From positions 33,737 to 97,736 of the forward strand of contig JAPLVC010000005.1 in the NCBI GenBank assembly GCA_026397315.1: a stretch of DNA of 64,000 nt, written 5' to 3'. Both the position numbers and the translations under genes were made by a program. This document shows positions 57,433 through 64,000 of the stretch, in pieces; positions within the stretch are counted from its first letter, which is position 1; every line of letters starts with the position of its first letter. The DNA comes from Candidatus Aenigmatarchaeota archaeon. Lineage in GTDB: Archaea; Aenigmatarchaeota; Aenigmatarchaeia; QMZP01; QMZT01. The notes under the pieces are model-generated. The model was not told the DNA's origin and did not search any database. It saw only the letters and a program-made list of their open reading frames with translations.

Positions 57433-58798
57433 TTTTCGTTTCCATGCCGAATTCATAAAGAACCTTCATAGCTTTTGCAGCGCTCTGCGGATATGAAAAT
57501 GTCGGGATACCTATGTCTTCAAGAGTCTTTTTCAGAACCTCAGTGTAGTCGCCTCCTGCTGAAACCACGAATATAGGCTTTTGGCTCGTTTTGAAAGCGT
57601 TTATTATCGTGTCCACGATTTCTCCACCAAGCCTCGGCACCTGAAGAAGGACTATCAGGCCTATCATATCGACATTCGGATCTTCTATCGCCGCGGTGAT
57701 GGCATACTGGTAGCGTTCCGAATCCGCGTCTCCTGTGAGGTCGATTGGATTTTTCAGGACTACATATGCCGGCATTTTTTTGCGCATCTCTTCTACCTTT
57801 TCTTCCGTCATCGTCGCCAGAGAAAGGCCGTCTTTTATAATGTTGTCCGTGAGCAGGACGCCGAAACCGCCGCCATCTGTTATTATCTGCACTCTGTGGC
57901 CTTTGGGTTTCGGCAGCGATGAAAGCGTACGTGCGTAATCGAAAAGCTCTTCCATATCAGTCGCCTGTATGATGCCTGCCTGCCTGAAAGCCGCTGAATA
58001 AACTTCAAACGAGCCGGCAAGCGAGCCAGTGTGCGAAGAAACGGCCTTAGTGCCTGCGGATGTCGTGCCGCCTTTGAGAACTATTATCGGCTTTTTGCCG
58101 GCGAACTTGCGTGTTATTTCGAAGAACTTCCTGCCTTCTTTCACGCCTTCGAAATATGCGCATATGACTTTCGTCTTCTTGTCGTTTATCAGGTATTCTA
58201 TAAGATCCGCTTCGTCCACATCGGAAGCGTTGCCATAAGAGATAAATTTGGACATCTTGTATCCCTTTCTGGCCATCCAGTCGATAACAACAGAGCCAAC
58301 CGCGCCGGACTGTGTGATGAAAGATATATCTCCGCCTTTGGGCCTGGCGAGTTTGTAACGAGGGAGGAAGACTGTATCAACGCCGCTGTCCGGATCGAAA
58401 ACGCCAAGGCAGTTCGGACCGATGACCCTTATCTTGTGTTTTTTGGCGATGTCAATAAGCTTTTTCTCAAGCTCGTTGTTGCCTATTTCCTTGAAGCCGC
58501 CTGTTATTATTATCACGTTTTTTATGCCCTTTCTGCCGCATTCTTCCAGTGCTTTAGGGACGAGTTCGGCCGGGATTGAAATGACGGCCATGTCCACTCG
58601 CTCCCGTATCTTTGTAACGCTCGGATAGCATTTGAGGCCGAGAATCTGGCTCGTGTTGGGGTTTACGGGGAACACTTTGCCCTTATAATCGCCTTCGACC
58701 ATGTTGCGCATGACCACGTGACCTATTTTGCTCTGGTCCCTGGACGCGCCGATAATGGCGATTGATTTTGGAACGAAAAACCCATCAAGACTTCCCAT
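57398..58798 (-). CDS. acdA: acetate--CoA ligase (ADP-forming) alpha subunit
   Basis: PKSIAIIGAS, IGPNCLG, TQSGA, catalytic His in SHTGSLAG, NPIDLTGDA. Confidence 0.92.
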   Translation of the reverse strand: MGSLDGFFVPKSIAIIGASRDQSKIGHVVMRNMVEGDYKGKVFPVNPNTSQILGLKCYPSVTKIRERVDMAVISIPAELVPKALEECGRKGIKNVIIITGGFKEIGNNELEKKLIDIAKKHKIRVIGPNCLGVFDPDSGVDTVFLPRYKLARPKGGDISFITQSGAVGSVVIDWMARKGYKMSKFISYGNASDVDEADLIEYLINDKKTKVICAYFEGVKEGRKFFEITRKFAGKKPIIVLKGGTTSAGTKAVSSHTGSLAGSFEVYSAAFRQAGIIQATDMEELFDYARTLSSLPKPKGHRVQIITDGGGFGVLLTDNIIKDGLSLATMTEEKVEEMRKKMPAYVVLKNPIDLTGDADSERYQYAITAAIEDPNVDMIGLIVLLQVPRLGGEIVDTIINAFKTSQKPIFVVSAGGDYTEVLKKTLEDIGIPTFSYPQSAAKAMKVLYEFGMETKNDKKCKKNGKK

Positions 58799-58841
58799 AT
58801 TTTTCCCTCAGAGATATTATTGACGAAGATAATATATTATT

Positions 58842-60047
58842 ATGCTAAGAAAAGTGATTTCGCGCAGGATAATCGCCGAGCGTGAAGAAGAGCTTCCGCT
58901 TTCAACGATGGGCGAGCTCATAAAAATCGCCGAAGAAAATAAGGGCATAATTTCCCTCGGCCCGGGCGAACCGGATTTCAACACACCCAAGCATATAATC
59001 AATTTCGCCTGCAAAAAACTGCGTGAAGGTTACACCCACTATTCGTCGCCGGCGGGAAGGCATGGTCTGCGCGAGGCAATAGCCAAAAAGCTCAGGAAAA
59101 ACAACAAAATTGACGTTTCTCCTGACCAGGTCATAGTCACGGCCGGCTCTACTGAAGCGATTTTGCTGGCTCTCATGTGCACGACCGACCCCGGTGAGGG
59201 TGTGCTTCTGCCGGATCCCGGATTCCTTGCCTACAGGCCGACCGTCGAGACTCTCAGCGGCATGCCGCTTTGTGTGCCTCATTACGAGGACGCCGGCTTC
59301 CAGTTCGAAGTTGAAGAAGCGAGAAAGGCCATACTGCCGGAAAAGACGAACGTCCTGATAATAAATTCCCCATCGAACCCGACGGGTGTGGTTTACAAAA
59401 AAAAGACGCTCGAGAAGATAGCTGATTTTGCCTGTGAATATGATTTGCTCATCATATCAGATGAAGCGTATGAAAGACTTGTTTATGGCGGCGAGAAGCA
59501 TGTGTCAATCGGCTCCCTCAATGGTATGGAGAATCGTGTTTTAACGCTTCACACATTCTCGAAGACGTATGCCATGCCTGGTTTCAGGGTTGGTTATGCC
59601 GCCGGACCCGAATGCCTGATAAATGCCATGAAGAAACTGCATCTATACACGACGGTCTGCGCGCCAACAATCTCGCAGGAAGCCGCCTTGGCCGCGCTCA
59701 AGGGGCCGCAAGGTTGTGTTTCAAAAATGGTTAAGGAGTATGACCGCCGCAGGAAACTGATAACGGAGCGCTTGAACGATATCCCGGGCATTTCATGCAT
59801 CGAACCAAGGGGCGCGTTCTACGCGTTCCCCAATATAAGCAGTTTTGGTATGAAATCCTTTGATTTTACAATGTGGTTGTTGAAAAACGCGCGCGTCGCT
59901 ACCACACCCGGCACAGAATTTGGTAAGTTGGGTGAGGGTTATGTGCGCTGCTCTTTTGCAACATCTTATGAAAAAATAAACACCGCCATGGACCGGGTTG
60001 AAAAGGCAACCAAGGTATTGAATAAAAGGAAGAAAAAGACTCGGTGA
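58842..60047 (+). CDS. PLP-dependent class I aminotransferase
   Basis: GEPDFNTP, NSPSNPTG, SDEAY, FSKTYAMPGFRVGY. Confidence 0.95.
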   Translation: MLRKVISRRIIAEREEELPLSTMGELIKIAEENKGIISLGPGEPDFNTPKHIINFACKKLREGYTHYSSPAGRHGLREAIAKKLRKNNKIDVSPDQVIVTAGSTEAILLALMCTTDPGEGVLLPDPGFLAYRPTVETLSGMPLCVPHYEDAGFQFEVEEARKAILPEKTNVLIINSPSNPTGVVYKKKTLEKIADFACEYDLLIISDEAYERLVYGGEKHVSIGSLNGMENRVLTLHTFSKTYAMPGFRVGYAAGPECLINAMKKLHLYTTVCAPTISQEAALAALKGPQGCVSKMVKEYDRRRKLITERLNDIPGISCIEPRGAFYAFPNISSFGMKSFDFTMWLLKNARVATTPGTEFGKLGEGYVRCSFATSYEKINTAMDRVEKATKVLNKRKKKTR

Positions 60048-60226
60048 CCTTTGTTTCCTATGGAAGTTTGTTTTTTATTTTAAAGCTAAGTTTTGTTCGT
60101 AACTATTGTTATTATAACAATGTTATATATTTCCATAAGAAATCTAAAGGCCTTTCCATGAGAAATGATGGTGTCATGGTCTTGGAAAAGAAAAGGCATT
60201 TAAACCCCAGTTTCAAATGGAAAAGC
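60048..60226. other. putative chromosomal replication origin (oriC) with ORB-like boxes and AT-rich unwinding element
   Basis: TTCCAnnnGAAA[C/T]...GG boxes at about 60048-60066(-), 60130-60150(+), 60153-60172(+) and 60205-60223(-); AT-rich tract 60067-60130; directly upstream of cdc6. Confidence 0.8.
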
Positions 60227-61435
60227 ATGGCGCAAAAATCATTGGGGGAAATATTCCAAAATTATGTTGAAAAGAAGTCGGTTTTCAAACAAAAAGATAC
60301 ACTCTCCACACATTTCACACCAGATACAATACCCCACAGGGGCGCGCAGATAAACCAAATCGGCCTTATCCTGGCGCCCGTTCTACGCGGCGAAAAACCA
60401 TCCAACATATTCATTTACGGCAAAACAGGCACGGGCAAATCGCTTTGCGTCCAGCACACCACAACAAAACTGCTGGAAGTTGCCAAAAAGAACGCGAGCG
60501 AAAACATCAAAACCATATACGTGAACTGTAAAATGAGCAAGGTTTCGGATACGGAATACCGCATGCTCTCACAACTCATATCCAATTTTGGCGTCGAAGT
60601 TCCTTTCACGGGCCTGCCCACAAACCAGCTTTACAAACAGTTCTACAGGCTGATTGACGAAAAAAAACAAAACATCATACTCGTTTTGGACGAAGTCGAT
60701 GCTCTTGTCAGCAAGATAGGCGACGGCGTTCTGTACAACCTCACAAGGGTCAACCAGGACCTGAAAAATTCGAAACTCACGGTCATAGGCATATCGAACA
60801 ACATATCATTCATAAACGATCTCGATCCACGCGTCAAGTCGTCGCTCTCAGAAGAGGAAATCGTCTTCCCCCCGTACAACGCCAACGAAATAAAGGACAT
60901 ACTAACCGAGCGCGTGGGCATGGCGTTCAACGACGGCGTCATTTCGCCGGCCGTCATAGCCAAGTGCTCGGCACTGGCGGCACAGGAGCACGGTGACGCG
61001 AGAAAAGCGCTTGATTTGTTAAGGGTTTCTGGTGAAATCGCTGAGCGCCTCAACAACAACATTGTTTCTGAAGACCATGTAGACATAGCCGAACGCAAGC
61101 TGGACATAGATAAAACCATAGAAATCGTCCAGAACCAGCCGAAGCAGTCGCAATGCGTCCTCATGGCCATAATCAGGCTTTTCAAAAGCGGCAAAAACGG
61201 CGTGCAAACCGGCGACATATATGATGTTTACGTGGAGATATGCAGAAAGAACAACATGAAACAGCTGACACAGAGGAGAATATCCGACCTCATATCAGAG
61301 CTGGATATGTTCGGCATAGTTAACGCCAAAGTCATATCAAAAGGCCGCTACGGCAGGACGCGTGAAATAAAGGTCGGACTTTCCAGGGAGATAATAGAAA
61401 AGATAGAAAGGCTTTTCGGGACTGATTTTGCCTGA
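60227..61435 (+). CDS. cdc6: Orc1/Cdc6 replication initiator
   Basis: PHR, YGKTGTGKS, YVNC, VLDEVD, LDPRVKSSL, FPPY, HGDARKALDLLR, winged helix SKGRYGRTR; start 60227. Confidence 0.96.
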   Translation: MAQKSLGEIFQNYVEKKSVFKQKDTLSTHFTPDTIPHRGAQINQIGLILAPVLRGEKPSNIFIYGKTGTGKSLCVQHTTTKLLEVAKKNASENIKTIYVNCKMSKVSDTEYRMLSQLISNFGVEVPFTGLPTNQLYKQFYRLIDEKKQNIILVLDEVDALVSKIGDGVLYNLTRVNQDLKNSKLTVIGISNNISFINDLDPRVKSSLSEEEIVFPPYNANEIKDILTERVGMAFNDGVISPAVIAKCSALAAQEHGDARKALDLLRVSGEIAERLNNNIVSEDHVDIAERKLDIDKTIEIVQNQPKQSQCVLMAIIRLFKSGKNGVQTGDIYDVYVEICRKNNMKQLTQRRISDLISELDMFGIVNAKVISKGRYGRTREIKVGLSREIIEKIERLFGTDFA

Positions 61436-61470
61436 CCGCCTGTTATAATTTTATTCATGAAGGAACTACT

Positions 61471-62352
61471 ATGGAAAAAATGGACATACTGGAGCTTTTT
61501 CTGAAGAACGGCGTCATGCTCTCACCGGAAGAGTTTGAAACTATTGATGAAAAAAACTATATGCACATACTCGAGGAAAAGAGGGGCGCTTCCTCCAAAG
61601 ACGACATAATAGTTTCAAAACCCAGAACCGGCAGGATATCATGCGATCAGTTCGTCAGGGCATCGGTCAACAAATTCGAATTTTTGCGAGGCATCATCCT
61701 TAAAAAAACAGAAGCGGTTTCGATAAACAAGGCCAAGAAAGTCTTTTCCGAAGTCACCATAATAGGCCGTGTTAAGGAGACGTCGCAACGCGGCTTCATC
61801 ATCGAGGACGTTACTGGCGAAGCGGAAGTGGTTTACGAAAACATGGACATAAGCGTTGGCGATGTCATCGGCATGAAAGGGTATTTCAAGGAAAACAGCT
61901 TTTTCCCAAGCCAGGTCGTATGGCCTGACATACCATTAGATAACGTTCCGAAACCGCTCGGCATCAGAATGACGCTGACCACGAAGGTAAAGGACGGCCG
62001 CATGCCGGGCCTGATAGTGTGCCCGGATTCAGAAAAGGCATGCAACGTGGTCACTGGTTTCGGCCGGGCAGGCTCGGTTAACATAACAAAGCACGGATCA
62101 AGCCTTCTTCTCACAGCATATTCGAAGGATGCTGAAATCAAGGAGGAAGATGCTGTAAAAATTCTGAAAAAACGCTCGTTGCCTGTGGATGGGCCGGTAG
62201 AAAACGTTATGGAGGAAATACCACACATAATCTGGTTCTTCGACAACAAAAGGAACTGGGTCAAAAACTACAGGGGCGTCATTATAATATCGACAGACAG
62301 CGAAAGCTTTGCCGACTACGACGGACAGGAGGTTGGCTTCGGGAAGCTTTAG
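61471..62352 (+). CDS. shortened, degenerate DNA polymerase D small subunit (DP1-like)
   Basis: N-terminal LFLKNGVMLSP; OB-fold VTIIGRV...IEDVTG...DVIGMKG...VVWPDIP; C-terminal remnant ILKKRSLP...EEIPHII...NYRGVIIIST; phosphoesterase metal ligands absent; directly after cdc6. Confidence 0.75.
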   Translation: MEKMDILELFLKNGVMLSPEEFETIDEKNYMHILEEKRGASSKDDIIVSKPRTGRISCDQFVRASVNKFEFLRGIILKKTEAVSINKAKKVFSEVTIIGRVKETSQRGFIIEDVTGEAEVVYENMDISVGDVIGMKGYFKENSFFPSQVVWPDIPLDNVPKPLGIRMTLTTKVKDGRMPGLIVCPDSEKACNVVTGFGRAGSVNITKHGSSLLLTAYSKDAEIKEEDAVKILKKRSLPVDGPVENVMEEIPHIIWFFDNKRNWVKNYRGVIIISTDSESFADYDGQEVGFGKL

Positions 62353-62390
62353 CACAACCGTATTTAATAAAAAACATACAAAGGATTATT

Positions 62391-63065
62391 ATGCTGAAAA
62401 TACTTGTGGTGGCAGACATACATGGAGAGTTCGAGAAATTTTCCAGGATGATTGACAAAGTGAAGAGGCGTGATTTCGACGTCGTCATCTGCCCAGGCGA
62501 TTTTACGGACATGTACAACATACCTGAGGGCTTCAACCAGACAGACATCGCCGAGCTGATAATACAGAAGCTCCTGTCTTTAGGCAAGCCGGTTCTTTGC
62601 ATACCGGGCAACCATGAACCATATGAAATAATAGACCTGTTCGATGAATATGGAGTTAACGCGCACGACACGGTGAAAAAGATAAAGGATTATGAGTTCA
62701 TAGGATTCGGCGGCGCCATGACACCATTCAACACGAAGTTCGAACCTCCGGAAGAGGAAATAAAAGCGTCGCTGGAAGCGCAGGCAAAAAAAACAAAGGG
62801 CGATTTCATTCTGCTCGTTCACAACCCGCCGTTCAACACAAAAATGGACAAAGTCGAGACAGGTGAACACGTTGGCTCGAAGGTCATAAGAGAATTCATA
62901 GAAAAAACCAAGCCCATTTTAGCGCTATCGGCGCACATACACGAGGCAGTGGGCATGGATAAAATAGGCAGGACGACGCTCTTCTACCCGGGCGTCTCTT
63001 ATGAAGGTTATTATGGTATAGTGGAAATCGGAAATGAAGTTAAATGTGAAATAAAAAAAGCATGA
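62391..63065 (+). CDS. calcineurin-like metallophosphoesterase
   Basis: ADIHG, PGDFT, PGNHE, VHNPP, HVGS, AHIHE. Confidence 0.92.
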   Translation: MLKILVVADIHGEFEKFSRMIDKVKRRDFDVVICPGDFTDMYNIPEGFNQTDIAELIIQKLLSLGKPVLCIPGNHEPYEIIDLFDEYGVNAHDTVKKIKDYEFIGFGGAMTPFNTKFEPPEEEIKASLEAQAKKTKGDFILLVHNPPFNTKMDKVETGEHVGSKVIREFIEKTKPILALSAHIHEAVGMDKIGRTTLFYPGVSYEGYYGIVEIGNEVKCEIKKA

Positions 63066-63087
63066 AAGCGGGTTTCACGCGTTCACA

Positions 63088-63807
63088 TCATTGTATTGTT
63101 TTCAGCCTGCCGAGTATTTCTTCTATCGATTCAATGCGGCAAAGGGCGACTGGTATTGATTCGACCTCAGCTATGTTCATGGCAATTTCATTCACTTTGT
63201 CTATGCCGTGAAGCACGACAAGCCCGGGCTGCATGCCCGTGAGCTTGATAGCGACCAGCGGAGTCTTGCCTGTCGTCACGCCCGTGAACAAAAGCGCCCG
63301 TTGTGTGGTGGCGCCATATAGCTGTATCAGCTGGTTGTGCGAAAGCTCCAGGATCGCTTTCACAGAGTCGACGACCGTGTAGCCGTATATGAACCTGTCT
63401 GAAGGCGAAGATTTGGTAATTATGGGTGCGTTTATTTTCCTGCAGAATTCGTCCACGCGTATGCCAGCGGCGAACTCGCGTATGTCTATGATGGCTTTCG
63501 AGAGCCCGACCGGGCCCGAAGGCTGTGTGAACGTCTTAAGGACAGTACCGCCTCTCTTAATGTCTATCGAAATGAGCGCATTGACATAACGTTTTATGAC
63601 GTTTATACCCGGTGATTTTCTACGGCCGGACTCGTAATCGGATATGACGGATGACGTAATGCCTATATATTCTGCCAGCTTCTTCTGGGAGAAACCGAAA
63701 ATAACCCTCCATTTTTTCAGGACCTGCTCAGGGGTTTCGGAAAGTATAATCTCCCCTATTATGTCCTTGGACAACTTATCCATCGAAAGTCGATTTTCGT
63801 CAATCAT
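63088..63807 (-). CDS. XRE-family HTH transcriptional regulator (archaeal COG1709 type)
   Basis: GEIILS, LKKWR..FGFSQKKLA..GITSSVISDYESGRRKSPG, GYTVVDS, RALLFTGVTTG. Confidence 0.9.
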   Translation of the reverse strand: MIDENRLSMDKLSKDIIGEIILSETPEQVLKKWRVIFGFSQKKLAEYIGITSSVISDYESGRRKSPGINVIKRYVNALISIDIKRGGTVLKTFTQPSGPVGLSKAIIDIREFAAGIRVDEFCRKINAPIITKSSPSDRFIYGYTVVDSVKAILELSHNQLIQLYGATTQRALLFTGVTTGKTPLVAIKLTGMQPGLVVLHGIDKVNEIAMNIAEVESIPVALCRIESIEEILGRLKTIQ

Positions 63808-63847
63808 AGAAACAATTTACGTTGAATTACTTAAAAACGTTTCTTCG

Positions 63848-63871
63848 ATGTTTAAACGGATGTTTAAACAC
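63848..63871. promoter_or_regulatory. tandem ATGTTTAAAC motif upstream of HTH regulator
   Basis: ATGTTTAAACGG-ATGTTTAAACAC, 12-bp period, as at 22274. Confidence 0.5.
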
Positions 63872-64000
63872 GGCTGTAGAAAACCTCCAACATAAAAAGG
63901 GTCATCGCATATCTGTACAGGTTGTATGTTATGCACACGACTTTCAGTTCTTTTTTCTGCTGCATTGTTGACCTCGAATAGACCGTGTCGCCGAACATCC
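63864..64000 (-). mobile_element. 3' end of an IS5-family transposase with candidate right TIR (about 63872-63887)
   Basis: Manual translation MFGDTVYSRSTMQQKKELKVVCITYNLYR...EVFYSRV* resembles the archaeal IS5 C-terminus (FG...SR....Q..E......YN); end GGCTGTAGAAAACCTC resembles IS5-type TIRs. Confidence 0.6.

Noticed and set aside
60044-60226. 61-aa N-terminal extension of Cdc6 in the ORF track
   Set aside because: It runs through ORB boxes and an AT-rich tract; ATG 60227 gives a normal-length Cdc6
61471-63065. Frameshifted or split single DP1 gene
   Set aside because: The first ORF already contains the DP1 C-terminal remnant, and the second has non-DP1 motif spacing and its own start
1-64000. 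CRISPR array, rRNA, provirus, recognisable defence island, inteins in RadA/RtcB/Cdc6
   Set aside because: No repeat-spacer pattern, rRNA motifs, integrase or capsid genes seen, and the proteins are of normal length

Overview
Gene-dense core chromosome of an archaeon, most likely a DPANN lineage such as Aenigmarchaeota (inferred from gene content and style, not from a search). It carries housekeeping genes: lig, rpo4, rpl21e, pus10, rps17e, glyS, pheS/pheT, minD, rtcB/archease, rps26e, RPA-radA, dnaG, cca, rpl1-rpl10-rpl12, alaS, thermosome and cdc6. It also has a dispersed type IV pilus system (two assembly ATPases, two platform proteins, at least five class III signal-peptide proteins), four tandem paralogous lipoprotein-like genes, and substrate-level phosphorylation enzymes (PPDK, ACD alpha, an ArcE-like protein). 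Non-coding elements read directly from the DNA are: an SRP RNA with no room for helix 6; tRNA-Arg(CCT) with a T-loop (59/60) BHB intron; tRNA-Ile(TAT) with a 56-nt intron; a 68-bp MITE with a 9-bp target-site duplication; an ORB-containing replication origin upstream of cdc6; a recurring ATGTTTAAAC promoter motif; and the end of an IS5-like transposase at the window edge. The most striking items are a shortened, apparently catalytically dead PolD DP1 subunit beside cdc6/oriC, the helix-6-less SRP RNA, and the lipoprotein array. All protein calls come from motif recognition; no database searches were run.
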